From contig OX597830.1 of the NCBI GenBank assembly GCA_951406725.2, positions 13,516,001 to 13,580,000 of the forward strand: a DNA stretch of 64,000 bases. The letters are read 5' to 3'. Below the pieces are notes generated by a model. The model did no database searches. It was not told the origin of the DNA and saw nothing but the letters and a program-made list of their open reading frames with translations. A program made the translations under genes and the position numbers. This stretch comes from Octopus vulgaris (lineage: Eukaryota). Shown here piece after piece: positions 28,530 to 42,568 of the stretch (position 1 is its first letter; each line of letters begins with the position of its first letter).

Positions 28530-28900
28530 TTTTTGGATGTTTACTTCTGCTGGTTTTCTTTCTCCCTATTATTTCATTCAGAGTTGCTCATGCGAGAGAA
28601 GGTTCTTAGTTTTCTGAGGCATTTTCGATTATATTTATTTTATCTTGGAGATAAGTTTCAAGTTCTTGTTTATAGATTTCATCAAGTTACTGTTTTGCAT
28701 TTTCCAATGTTATTTCATTAGCTCTCATGAGTTTACTTATTTTAGATGCAGTACTACACATTTCTTTCAAGTCGTCTCATTCCTTAATGAACTCCATACT
28801 TTACTATAGGATGCGCTCCGTTTTCTTTCAACAATTTGAATATTTTTCTTTTGCTGCACTTTCATTGGCAATTATAATATTATTGGAAATGGACTTAGAA
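28530..28900 (-). pseudogene. RTE-like LINE ORF relic (EN-RT linker)
   Basis: Reverse complement LENAKQ*LDEIYKQELETYLQDKINIIENASEN*..ATLNEIIGRKKTS. Confidence 0.5.
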
Positions 28901-29235
28901 TCTTTAATATAATCTAAAATTCTTAATGCTACAAAGCAGTTTTTGACATCAAGTGTTTATGAATTTCTCTCAGCTGCGTCGGTGTAAGTTTCCTCCAGTC
29001 ATAACATACTCTATTTTTAGATAAGTTCTTATTTACTCTCAAGTTCAGTCTGAACTTTCTTGTCACAGTTTGAACGTCACAGTTGAGAGAAAAGCAGTGA
29101 ATTCAAGGCTTTGCAGTTCAACTCCAGTTTTTGGATTCGTTTCACCACCAATAATTATACATACATGCATGCACATATGCACGCACGCATTCATAAATAA
29201 TTATATGTGTGCATGTATACGCATATATGTGTTTC

Positions 29236-29284
<49 letters not shown>

Positions 29285-29650
29285 AGAGTTCACGAAAAAA
29301 AAACAAAAGACGAAGACAGCTGGTGCATAAAACAAACAGATGCATTAGTATAACGCTCAGGAATAGAAAAAGTCTTTCACGTTTCGAGCCTACGATCTTC
29401 TACAGAAAGGGACGCAGAAAAAAAAAAAAAAACAAGGGGAGAAACAAGGAGAGAAAAAAGGAATTTATGTGTGTGTGTGTGTGTGTCGATTCTGATGTAT
29501 CTGTGACATCTGCTTCGTTCTGCCAATATATACAAACTGCACAATTACGAAAACTAAATCACGACAAAACCTATAAAAAGGCAAGAAAAATTCAACGATT
29601 TAAATATCAATATATATGTGTATATATATGTATATACACACACACACACA

Positions 29651-29990
29651 TACGAGAGTCCAAAAGTAAGGTCTCCAAAGCGCTGGGACGCAGAGAAACT
29701 GTGAGTGCGGGTAATGGCAACACTGTTGTGTTTGTTGCGCATGCCCCTGCGTCTGCCCCTGCGTCTGCCCCTGCGTCTGCCCCTGCGCGCGCCTCTCTGT
29801 CACGCTCAGTCTTGGCTTGGCAGTCGTATCTGATGGAGCTCCCGATTGACGCTGCCGCCAAGTGTGAAGTTCGGTTTTTGAACGCAAAAGGCAATTAAAA
29901 CGATTGAAATTCATTGCCAATTAAGGGAGGTGTATGGCAAGTCGTGCATGGATTTCAAAAACGTACGCAAGTGGTGTAGGGAGTTGTAAT
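29651..29990 (+). mobile_element. 5' fragment of a mariner transposon containing a 12-bp tandem repeat
   Basis: tacgag.. terminus; MELPIDAAAKCEVRFLNAKG../IEIHCQLREVYGKSCMDFKNVRKWCRE HTH; (gcccctgcgtct)x3.5 at 29743-29787. Confidence 0.75.
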
Positions 29991-30089
29991 TGAAAGGCCA
30001 AGGTCAACCCTCTCATTGGGCACTTCGAAGCAGTAAACACATTGGACTTCTGCTGACCGCAAGGGTGTGACGCTTTTGCTTCCTGATCG

Positions 30090-30139
<50 letters not shown>

Positions 30140-30389
30140 TAATAATAATAAGAATGACAATGATAATAGTGATTTGCCTGGAGACACATACGACAGCGTT
30201 TACATCCTGCTGACAGAACATATACAATTCCATTACCACTTCTCCCACCACCACCGCCGCCAACGCCATCACCATCCTACTGGAAAAAGCTCAGAGGTAA
30301 TGGTGGTTGGTATCTGCATGATGGTTCTGTCTTTCGTCTCCCTGCCTCTGTCTCTCTGGTTGTCAATTTAATATCTGCCTCTTTCTACG

Positions 30390-32075
30390 ATGCTAAATGA
30401 ATTCTGTCGGCCTGCCATTTGACACCTTCCAGGCGGCAGGTCATGACATGGGCTAATTTAAAACTTCTCAAAATAAATTCCACCCCGTCCCTCGGGAAAT
30501 TTTGATGCCTGGTACCTCTGAACCATACCCAAGGAAGCAGGCAACTGATTTAACCCTGTGCGCTTATAACACGGCCCTGGATACCAACCATGGAAATACC
30601 TCCTAGAACCCGTGTCGTTCGAAGAACGCGTTCATCAGTGATCTTAGATTCTGACACTGAGCTCGAAAAATCTTTAAATCGGGACCAACCTCCTTAAGAA
30701 CATGTGGCAAATCAAACCAGGGATATTCCCCAGGATCAACTACCAAACCTATCTCAAAGAAATAGAAATACAAGACAGAAATAGACTAAAGAGGAATATA
30801 TCGAAGGTTATACATGCTTATTATTATTCAACGCTAAACCCAGAAACATCAGCTACACAAAAAGAGACCTACAATATCTGGAGATGCAAAAACCCCTCAT
30901 AGCAGGCTGTAATAAATAAGGAGCTGTAAGACGTGATATCCTAAAAAATAAAAGATTAACTGACAGCGAAATTGATAAAATAGTCAGATCAGTAAAAAGT
31001 CAGCTCATTTCGAGAGATATTCTCTTTTGCAAACACATGCACTCGCTGGGTAACGGATAACTGCCAAACTTGTGTAATGGCCAAACATAAGAAATAAAGA
31101 ATTCCTTCCATTATAGAGGCCTTTCTATGTATTTACAATAACGATCTGCTCAGTTATACCCACAGACAAAAAGCTCTGAAATCACTAACTCAAACCAGCA
31201 AACTAGGTACACAGAACTCTACGAAGTTAGACCATCATTTGATACTAAAAACACTATAAATGATCGCGTCAGTAATGAACTGTTAGATGGAATACTAGGA
31301 CAATATCTAATACAACTACATCAACCTTTCCATGAAAGAGCCCCACTTCCCAAAATTATTAATACTAATAAGAACAGAAAAGTAATCGAAGAAGTTGATG
31401 AAGCACTCGGAGAGGTGATACGACAACTCTTTGAGAATAGTAGAGAAAATGCCCTCGGATTGATTGATCAACTCCTTTACTCAGCTGCTTATGCTGCAAC
31501 TCAGAAATGCGGTTTTAAAATTAGAGACAGGCAAAAGAGTGCAGCGTACACAAACTGCCGGCATGGATGGAAAGAATGAACCGGAAAATAATGCAACTAA
31601 GAACAGATATATTATTTCCTACTTGAAGGAAGGAAGGAAGAAAAGGGAAAACTAATAAACCCAACAAACTAAGAATGATTGCTAAGTATGACCTTTACAA
31701 GAAAACAAAGGATACACAGATTGAAATCCTCAGACAAAAACTACAATTAAAAACCAGGCGACTGGCAAGATACAAAAACGCTCAGCATTCCATAGACAAA
31801 ACATACTGTTCAAGGAGAACACAAAAGAATTCTACAGGGAACTGGGGAAAAATACCATTATTGTGAAAACATCTCATCCCCAGCAGCAAACTGAAGATTT
31901 TTGGAAAAACATTTGGAGTAATCCAAAGGAGTTTAATCAGGATGCACATTGGGTCAGGGGCATAGAAGAGGCCAAAGCCCACCTCAGACACCAAGAATGG
32001 CAGGATATAACAGCTGAAGAAATGAAAGCGGCGCTCGCCAAGTCAAAGAAATGGGAATCCCCAGGTATAATTGAC
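30390..32075 (+). mobile_element. Degraded 5' half of an R4/Dong-clade element
   Basis: Relics VIHAYYYST..ETYNIWR, KTRRLARYK, QKEFYREL and EDFWKNIWS..ITAEEMKAALAKSKKWESPGI (the KNWKAPG-type motif preceding RT). Confidence 0.8.
30409..30463 (+). ncRNA. HDV-like self-cleaving ribozyme candidate at the 5' end of a Dong element
   Basis: P1 ggcctgc/gcaggtc, P2 tttga/ttaaa, P3 cac/gcg (1 mismatch) with loop cttccag, J4/2 ggCtaat. Confidence 0.55.
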
Positions 32076-33354
32076 TAGTCCCCCGCCCTAAAATTTTAGG
32101 CCTTGTGCCTACAGTAGAAAGGATTATTATTGTTATTATCATTATTATTATTATTCTCATTAACACCATAAACAAAGTCTAAGAAATGGAATTAAGTTTA
32201 ATGTCTATGTAAAGAAACTTCAAGATCTCAACTTAGACATTTATCCGTTGTAAAATCCTTTGGATTAATATCGTGCATTTAATCTTCCTCCGGATTGTTA
32301 TCTCTCTGTTCAAAAAAGTATCTTATAATGAATATGGTGGTGATTGTAATCATTAAATGGTTGCGGAACTGAAGTTTTGGGGCCATTAGGTTTTTCTAAT
32401 AAGTGATTTGTCGATTCAACAGGTAATTTTCCTATGCGATTATTCGACCGATTGGAAATGGCAGTCAAATTCCCCTTCCTTTTGCATCTTTACTGTCTTA
32501 AAAGAACAATTGCCATTTAGGTGGCACTTGTGCCATCTGGAGTATTTTATGTCTCATAAAAGACGGGTTGATCACGTCTAAAATGCCATTAATCTTAAAT
32601 CTGTTGATTCATTTCTGTTTTGGAGTAAACAAGTGACATTGTTATGTGGCGTCAAAGTCGACTGAAGATTATGCAAGTTACTATTTAAAATAACAATAAA
32701 AATAGTGATGGAGGTTTTGCTTATTATGTGATTGGTCACTGGCTGGATTTTGTTAAGGGAACTACATTTTTATAGATTGTTGACACTTATTCGTTACTAA
32801 CTTGTTGATACCGAAGTAAACAAATCATTATCAGGATTAGAAGGCAGAAAGCTAGTATTTGTAGAAATTTGTGCCTATACAAAATTATAAACAGTAACTG
32901 TTATGTCGCTGGTACGATAAGTATAGTAAGCAGTAGAAATGATATTCTTCATCAACACTTCTAACACCGTCATAATAGTAGCATAGTCATGACTATACTG
33001 GTATTAAATTTTGGCACATGGTCAGCAATTCCGTGGGAGGAGGTAAGTCGTTTCCCTGACCCCAGCGTTCAACTGGTACTTATTTTATCGATCTCGAAAA
33101 GATGAAAGGCAAAGTCGCCTGCGGCGGAATTCAAACTCAGAACGTAAATTCCACTAAGAATTTTTTCCTGGTGAGCTAACGATCCAGCCAACTCGCCAAC
33201 TTGCATTACTATCACTATATTAAGACTATATCCCAACTAGTAAACTCAGACAACTTCACTATTATCCCACCACTATCATCGTCAACGCCTTAAGTATCAC
33301 CCAGCAACAATAATTATTAGAATCACTACTACTAGCAGCATGGGAAATGAAATA

Positions 33355-33920
33355 TTGGGTTGTCCGGAAAGTTCGTGCCGATTCTTAAAGGAAAGAAAAA
33401 GGTCAATAAATACTTGCCATTACATTTTTAATCAACCAAATATGAACCATTTTGTTGCACAATGCGTCTCCATCTTCCCTTTAACTTGAAAATACCCTCT
33501 TCCTAGAATTGAGGTGGTTTCATGGCAAAGAATTCATCAAGGTATCTTTTTATGTCATCCAAGGAATCGAAATTTTTACCATTAAGACTATTCTGCAGAG
33601 ACCTGAATAAGTGGAAATCCGAAGGAGCAATATCTGGTTAATATGGAGGGTGGGGTAACACATCCTAGCCGAGCTGCAGCAATTTTTGTCTGGTTCCCAA
33701 AGCATCAAGTGCCGAAAGTGAACCTTCTTATCTTCCATTTTAAAGGGTTACAAAATTAACACAGGTTATAGGAACATAAACCTTCTTCCACGAAAAGATA
33801 GTTTAAACTGTGCTCTAAATGGAGGTGTAGTCAAATTCTATTTTATGGACTCAATCATGTTCTAAAATAAGTCGAAAGGTAAGCTACTATAAATCGGCAT
33901 GAACTTTCCGGACAACCCAG
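33355..33920 (-). mobile_element. Internally deleted mariner element with intact TIRs and TA TSD
   Basis: TIRs ttgggttgtccggaaagttcgtgccgatt / aatcggcatgaactttccggacaacccag flanked by TA; reverse complement encodes PDIAPSDFHLFRSLQNSL and MEDKKVHFRHLMLWE. Confidence 0.92.
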
Positions 33921-34099
33921 TATAACCTCTATTATTAAAAGCACTTTAACCAGCACAGTTTCCTTATGCAGTATTATTCTATATATAGAAATGTCCATAT
34001 ATTTCAGTTCGTATTCAGAATCCCATTATCGCTTCTCTGTATATATCTATTTCTGAATTCCACTTCTATTCCAAAATTTGCGCTCCAACTATAAACTTG

Positions 34100-34460
34100 T
34101 ATCTATTGAAATATATTGCCTTGAAGCATTCAACTCATTCGAAAGTTTCCCACACCATTACCATTATTGTTTATAATGGTAAAACATTCTTACATTCTTA
34201 CTTTTGACCTTGGGCACGCCTGCTGCTTTTTCCTTAACATCACTAAGACTTTTGATAGAAATTTCATTAGAACACCGAGAGCCCTGCAGGTAAAACTTCA
34301 TTTTAGCCATGCTAAAATGTTCCAGTCGCCTCTAGAGTTCACAGTGTTCTCTAAAGTAATTTTAATCGACTGCTCCAGGGATTCATTCTGTGCAATGTCG
34401 AGCACATAAATGAAGAACAGCAGCTAACCATGCACTGAGATAACGCCAAAGCCGACCAAA
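34100..34460 (-). pseudogene. Highly degraded CR1-like LINE RT relic
   Basis: Reverse complement LLFFIYVLDI resembles PLLFLIYINDI; otherwise weak. Confidence 0.35.
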
Positions 34461-35372
34461 CGCTATTTTGATTTAGAATGCAGCGTATCTGCGTAATAAA
34501 TTGCGGCAAACCCTGAAAACAAAATATCTGTTGACCTTTACGTGAAAACGTGATCCGTTAGCAACGGTCAGATGGTAAGTAACTAATAGGGAATAAGAGA
34601 GACTTACTGGTGTTTGGAATGGAATAACTAACAGTAAGGTAACAAAAAAACAACAAAACAGAAGCGCTAGAAAGAGGGAAGCTTACAGGGAAGAGCGAGA
34701 AATAAATAAAAGAATTATGTCAGGAGATTGAGATCCTGGAGGAGAGAAGAAAAAAGTTGGGCAAACAAACGGCAAAAAGAATGAACATCTGTAGAAACCT
34801 GCAGTAATAATAAAAAGCGAAAACAGCAGAGTGGAGAATGAAAGCAAAAGAATCAAACACACACACACGCACACACACACGCACACACACACACACGCAC
34901 GCACATGTGTGCACACATGTACACATACACACACACGCACACACACGCACGCGAGCACATGCGTACACACACACACACGCACACACATGTGTGCACACAC
35001 GTACACATACACACACACGCACACACACCCACGCGCGCACATGCTTACACACACACACGCACACACACGCGCACACTCGCGCACGCACACACACACACGC
35101 ACACGCGCGCAGACACACACACACACGCGCACACTGACACACTGACATACACGATAACTTTATGTAACTATAGATTTCTACTGTACACATTATATACACT
35201 CTCTACACGCGCAAATAAATTAAATAAGGTAAATATTTTATACATATTCCATATATGATTTAAACGAATCACAACTGGCAATATTTACATTGTACTCTCA
35301 ACATACCAAATTGTATCGAAATACACTATATCTAATTATAAATAATTATATAAAACGAAAAATTTAATTAAC

Positions 35373-35632
35373 TATTACTCTTTAATCTCTTTAACTCTTT
35401 CACTTGTTTAAGTCATTTTGATTGTGGCCATGCTGGAGCACCGCCTTTAGTCGAGCACATCGACCCCGGGACTTATTCTTTGTAAGCCCAGTACTTATTC
35501 TATCGGTCTCTTTTGCCGAACGGCTAAGTGACGGGGACGTAAACACACCAGCATCGGTTGTCAAGCAATGCTAGGGGGACAAACAGAGACACACAAACAC
35601 ACACACACACACACATACATACATACATATAT

Positions 35633-35663
<31 letters not shown>

Positions 35664-35811
35664 CGACAGGCTTCTTTCACTTTCCGTCTACCAAATCCAC
35701 TCACAAGGCTTTGGTTGGCCTGGGGCTATAGCAGAAGACACTTGCCCAAGATGCCACGCAGTCGGACTGAACCCGGAACCATGTAGTTGGTTAGCAAGCT
35801 ACTTACCACAC
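35373..35811 (-). mobile_element. SINE family A, slightly 5'-truncated, with 21-bp TSD
   Basis: aaaacgaaaaatttaattaac at 35352-35372 and 35812-35832. Confidence 0.92.
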
Positions 35812-35864
35812 AAAACGAAAAATTTAATTAACATTACGATAAGTAAAATTTCAAAAGTTAATAT

Positions 35865-36090
35865 TACTCTTTACTCTCTTTTACTCTTTTACTTGTTTCA
35901 GTCATTTTGACTGTGGCCATGCTGGAGCACCGCCTTTAGTCGAGCAAATCGATCCCATGACTTATTCTTTGCAAACCTAGTACTTATTCTATCAGTCTCT
36001 TTTGCCGAGCCGCTAAGTTACGGGGACGTAAACGCACCAGCATCGGTTGTCAAGCGATGTTGGAGGGACAAGCACTGACGCACAAACATA
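35865..36090 (-). mobile_element. SINE family A, 3' half
   Basis: Matches the family 3' half. Confidence 0.88.
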
Positions 36091-36436
36091 CACACACACA
36101 TACATATTTATATATATATATATATATATATACATATATACGACTTGTTTTTGTATACATTCATTGCTTTCTTCCAAGGAATCTAGCTTAGTTTTTCCTT
36201 GGGGCTGGCCAGATTGGAGCAATCTCGAATATAGCCAGCCGAAATTGTAAAGATAATCTGGAACTCGACTGAGGAAAGAACACTCCGAATGACCCGTCCT
36301 TATTTTCTTTGTATCGTCTATCTGGATGTTTTGTTGTCCCTTTTCTGTATCACCTGTCTGGATGTTTTGCGTTCTAGTCCCATTTTGTATTTTTTATATA
36401 TGTATACATACATACATACATACATACATACATACA

Positions 36437-36511
<75 letters not shown>

Positions 36512-36899
36512 ATGCAGTACGATCATTTCACACAACTCCATTTAATTGAACAATGCAACCATTACATCAATTTAAATGCAGAGCAATCTTCAGCTGCACA
36601 GAGATATAGAATTTAATTAAATTAAAACAGATGGACACATTAGTATAATTTTGTCTAAAATTAGACAAAGAAGATGCTGCCTTTCCTTCCACTTAGAAGC
36701 TACTAAGTTATCAGGAAGAAAGACTTGTTACAGATTTTGCTTGTCACTTTTATATGGGGTTAGTTTTACTTTATAGACTAGTTTTATCAAATCCTTGTAT
36801 ATCTGAGGCCGTATCCCTAACAGACACTCATAACGGAAATATAGCATTTATATATAAATACACACACACACATTATTAAACACAGCTTTCGAATCCTCT

Positions 36900-37400
36900 T
36901 ACAAAAAGTTCAAGTGTACTCCATCATCTCTATTTCTTTACAGCCATTTCCAAATAGTCCGTGTTATCAACACTGAATTTTATTGAACCGAAAATGTGGA
37001 AGTCAGAATGTACCAGATCCAGTCACCGATCGTCTGCTTTGTTGCCAAAGAGGCGTGTGATTACACTTTCTCATGATGTGTGTGGATCAATTTCAGATTC
37101 TTGACCGATCTCTTCCTCCTATTGGCCTCGCCGAGTTTTTCGAATGTGTCAAACTGTTTACAGTTGAGCCAATTTCTAGAAAATCAAGGAGAATGACGCA
37201 CTTGTCATTCCCGAAATTAGTGACCAGGATTTCTTGTGCCAACCGCTGAACTTGAACCAGGCCTCAAACAATAGATGTGATACCAATAAGCCTTCGTTTA
37301 CGGGTGATAAAGATACGCCCACGTTTCAAACCTTACATGGTTTGTCTTCAATGGTTGTTCCCCTTTAAACTTCTTCATTAATATGTGTACAGTGCCATTG
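36900..37400 (-). pseudogene. Degraded mariner transposase relic
   Basis: Reverse complement of 36978-37019 reads DLVHSDFHIFGSIK (PDLAPSDFHLF-like). Confidence 0.6.
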
Positions 37401-38182
37401 TCTACGGTACCTTTTCCGTAAACAAACTGTAGCCCTTTGTGGATGTGGGGCCGTCTAATAATTTTCTAGACTAATATTTTTCTTTTCTTCTGTTTTAGTT
37501 GTTCCAGAAGCTTCCTTGTAATTTGATGTAATGAGACAAGTTTATAAAGCCTAAGCTGAGGAAAAGCAAGCAGATGAGACAACTTATTGTCTTCGTTCAG
37601 AAAATATAGGACATCACTCTGATATGTTTTCCGGTTTGTTGGCCGATTTTTTAGGAGACAAGGACCCTTCACTGTTTTGCCCGCGACGAATCCCAAACAA
37701 CACAAGCAAACGAAGAGAGAAATATTAAGTCAGTATATTAACTTCATAGTGAAAAAGAAAACAAGGTTTATAAGACTTTTATGTTTCGGATTAGTTTCTT
37801 TTTCTGGGTGGAAAGAGTAGAAAGAAAAGAAAAAGAAAGATTACAATATGGCCATGGTTGTGTACGTCTCTGTTAGATCATGGTCTTTCTCTCGACCTCT
37901 ATCCATTCTGTAATATTCTGTCGTCGTAGTTTTATATCTGTTTAGTTATTTGAGGTATTGTTACACACCACCTCACTACTTTAAACTGACATTTTAAGTG
38001 TCTACCCATATGTAGTGTATTGAAAAAATTCTATTAAGTGAAACATTGCACCTATTTCCCCCCATACCCTGCTTTCTGGCCCTTCGCTTTCCTCTCACAC
38101 TACACCTCTTGTTTGTCGTCTCTCTCTCTCCCCGTTAAAATAACCCCTCAATTTAAGCTTTTCCATTATTTCCTTGCCCTCT

Positions 38183-38480
<298 letters not shown>

Positions 38481-38628
38481 ATATATAAGTATCAACAAAA
38501 CGTTATATTTTCCTATTGTCAGGGCAAATATATTTTCTATTTTCTTAATTTTATATTAACTGATTTTTACGTAGACTATCATCAGTTTCCAAGAAATCCA
38601 AAAAGCCATTTTGAAATTATTACTGTAA

Positions 38629-39016
38629 TCTCTCTATATATAAACGGCAGTTTGTCTGTGCGTGTTTCTGTGTGTCTGTTTTCTCGTACCCTCACCCTGA
38701 CCACGGCTTTCAACCGATTCTGATGAAACTTGACACACACATAGCCCAATGTCATAATTCAAAACTAACGCAGCGAAAATTTTGAAAAGTTAACCCCAGT
38801 TCTGAAAAAAATCGATAAATTCGACATGGGGTCGAGAATAAAAAAAAACAAACCACAGACTGTCTAGGGGACGCAACTCAACCTTTTTTTACTCTCAAAA
38901 AAAAATTTACCATAATTTTTTTTCCATTTTTTTGCTATTTTTTGGCTATAACTCTCTAAAAATGCTTTATAGTTATTTCCCTTACAAACCTGAGCAACGC
39001 CGGGCGATACTGCTAG
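38629..39016 (+). mobile_element. Non-autonomous Helitron, second subfamily
   Basis: A|TC start and CTAG|T end; last ~65 bp shared with the 13132 and 51093 copies, different 5' and internal sequence. Confidence 0.8.
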
Positions 39017-39999
39017 TAAGTAATAATAATGCATGTAAAAGACATCTAAATTATTAAAAAAAATATTAAAATAATAGAATTTCTGATATTTACGTTTTCA
39101 AATAATTCGTTATTACTAAAATTGAATTTAGTTAAAATTGGAGATCAGAACCAAATTAATCACGAAATGCTTATATTATTGAATATTTCTGTTCTTTAAA
39201 TATATAAACAGACACAAATACACACACATTCCAGCACACACTCACACACACACCTACACATACTCTCTCACACACACGTGTACTTATTACCACATGTAAT
39301 TGATGATTATGTTGGGAACCACACTAGAAATTTTGTCAATCCTGCTAGCCCTCATGCATACACGATATTTTGATTTCATGCCAAGGAAAAATTGAAATAG
39401 TTGATTAGTATATCAGAACTATTTGAAAGTTATTGAAACATTTTGGTGGAGATGAAATAGAGAAACATGAGAACAAAATGGTGGTCGAGAATTCGAAAGC
39501 GTTCTTATTACTGTATGTGAACAATATGTTCTTTAAGGATTTAATTTTCTTAAATTAAAAACACAAGCTATTTGCTTTTATAATATAAAACTATATTGTT
39601 TTAATGTCTATTGGTTTACTCTCCTACATTTCAAAAGTTAATTTCAAGTATATTCATCGAGGTGAGGCGGACAAAAGCAATTTACATTTTGGTATAGGTT
39701 CTTATATCTAAAGAAGGTAAGTGTATTTAACAAAGCAGGTCTTCAAAGAACGAAGGCATCCTATAACGAGAGCATTGTATCATAATTAACTTTGTTCAAT
39801 AATATCCAATATCGCCAATAATTTCGGAAAGTTGCTGATATTTTATTACCGAATTTGTTGATACCCACTTACATATATATTACACTATTTGTATATAGTC
39901 TTAGATTTCCGATTCAATTCACCTCCACTTCGGTTCAAGTACTTAATGCTGATAAGTCACAAAAATCCATCTATCGCTCCTGAACGGGATTTGGCAAGA

Positions 40000-40438
40000 G
40001 GGTAGCTGCTGGAAGACTCTGCACCATGCAGCACAAGCAGGAGAACCCAGTCGTGGCTGTCAGACAATTTCTCAGACAACATCACCCCTAACATCTGGCT
40101 ACCTAACTCTCCAGACTGCAATCCCTTTGATTATTATATGTGGAATGCAGTTGAGTAAGAGGCGAAGAAAACTCCTTGTAACACCAAAGATGAACTGATG
40201 GCAAGGATTATGGCAGCATTCATCAACTTCAACAAAGAGACCGCCCAGTTACAGGAGATTCCGAAGTCGTCTGGAGGCCGTGGTTGAAGCTTATGGCGAA
40301 TTTATTGAATAAATTTACTCTTTAGCATTTCAAGATATTTTTATGTAATTTTGGTAAATACATCTGTTGAAATGAGATGTCAGTGTTATTTTTTCATCTT
40401 TTGCGTAATTTAGACGGCAGTCCATTCACCGCACCCTG
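40000..40438 (+). mobile_element. 3' part of a Tc1/mariner (maT/DD37D-like) transposon
   Basis: DSAPCSTSRRTQSWLSDNF..IWLPNSPDCNPFDYYMW..RFRSRLEAVVEAYGEFIE*; terminus caccgcaccctg followed by TA. Confidence 0.8.
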
Positions 40439-40449
40439 TATGTGTGTGC

Positions 40450-40500
<51 letters not shown>

Positions 40501-40546
40501 TACATATATTCATACATTCATACATGTATATATATATATATATATA

Positions 40547-40903
40547 GGCGCAGCAGTGGCTGTGTGGTAAGTAGCTTGTTTACCAACCACATGGTTCCAG
40601 GTTCAGTCCCACTGCGTGGCACCTTGGGCAAGTGTTTTGTACTATAGCCTCGGGCCAACCAAAGCCTTGTGAGTGGATTTGGTAGACGGAAACTGAAAGA
40701 AGCCCGTCGTATATATGTGTGTCTGTGTTTGTCTAGCATTGCTTGACAACCGATGCTGGTGTGTTTACGTCCCCGTTACTTAGCGGTTCGGCAAAAGAAA
40801 GCTTACAAAAGAATAAGTCTCGGGGTCGAGTTGCTCGATTAAAGGCGGTGCACCAGCATGGATGCAGTCAAATGACTGAAACAAGTAAAAGAGTAAAAGA
40901 GTA
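40547..40903 (+). mobile_element. SINE family A with small internal deletions
   Basis: Head and tail match the consensus. Confidence 0.9.
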
Positions 40904-42274
40904 CCAGTGGTTACTTCAAGTATCAAGCAGTATATTGGATCTATTTACGTACATTTTCCTAAATATAGGTAGTGAGCAAAGATATATTTGTCTCAGCTCT
41001 AGGATGTGAGTTATCTAAGTTATTAAGTTACGTAGTCATAATGGAGGGCAGTAGAGAGAGAAAAAAGAATGTTTTCATACAAATGACGAAACCTCTCAAA
41101 ACAAACGTGATTAAGCTGAAAAATTATAAAACCTTCTTATTCAGAGTATATTCAGTTATAATCTATATTTTTGCTTGAATATTTTTGGTCCTTCTACCTT
41201 GTGAATATGATGTTTAACTATTCTCCTTTAATTTTCTCCCAACATCGCAGTAATAAATACCTTCTCCATCATGAAACCGTGGTAAACATCAGTCATACTG
41301 AGAAAACCTATTAAAATTGTATTAACTCTAAAATACTGTATGAGACCCTAAACAGTTCGTTAGCTTCTGGTTTTATTCGAATAACTTTAGGAGGAAAGAT
41401 TAAATTTCAGAAAGAAAACATTTCGGAAAAGGAAAGCTATTTTCATATTCGTTTTTAAATAACGGTCCTTGCATGAATAATAGAATAATTCAAATTTTAA
41501 TCTGTTTGTTCTAATATAGAAAACAACGATGTTTACATTTGTGAACAATCTATAGAGAAATTTAGTTTCCTCTCGTCTACACTTTTTCCATCTCTCTTTT
41601 CACAATTCACAAAATGAAATTTCCCTGGTTTTTGTAAAACATGGAATTTACCGAAAGTAAAGGAGCTCTCATAAACGATCTCCCTTTAAGTTGATTAACT
41701 AACAAAAAATCGCAAAAAACAATGAAGTTTAATTAATTAATTAATTTACCCTAATATCATCAAAAAAGTAAATAAAAACAAAAGCTCGTTCGAGAAAAAC
41801 CACTATTTTGCTGCACATTTATATCTGTGTGTGTTTGAAATTTTATTTTTGGTAAATGACGGAGCTAGAAAAAAAATAATCCATAAAAATATCAATTAAT
41901 TTAATTAGAAATGAATTTAAAGCAAAGTTTGCCGAACTGAAGTTGAAAACTGTAAAATTCCATTGAAATCGTGTATCATAATAATTTGGATAAAATCAGC
42001 GAACATCTATGAGGAGAATCTATAAATGGAGGTCAAAGGATTAGAATGACTCTATCACTTTAATTTATTCATTCTAAATGAAATATGTCTGTCACGAGTA
42101 AATAACAATGTCGTGTATTTATGTCGTCCTCACACAGCTTATGTAATGTTAATACGAATCTTGTTTCATATCACCTGATAAAGAAACCTACTCAACGTTA
42201 CTTTTTCATATTTGATACATATTTGTCAGTTTTTGTAACATCATCATCTCCATAGAAATTGGTTTGTCAGTTAT

Positions 42275-42487
42275 ACTCGTTTACTCATTTATTTGTTTCA
42301 GTCATTTGACTGTGGCCATGCTGGAGCACCGCCTTTAGTCGAGCAAATCGACCCCAGGACTTATTCTTTGTAAGCCCGGTACTTATTCTATCGGTCTCTT
42401 TTGCTAAGTAACTGCTAAGTTACAGGGACGTAAACACACCAGCATCGGTTGTCAAGCAATGCTAGGGAGACAAACAGAGACACACAA

Positions 42488-42568
<81 letters not shown>

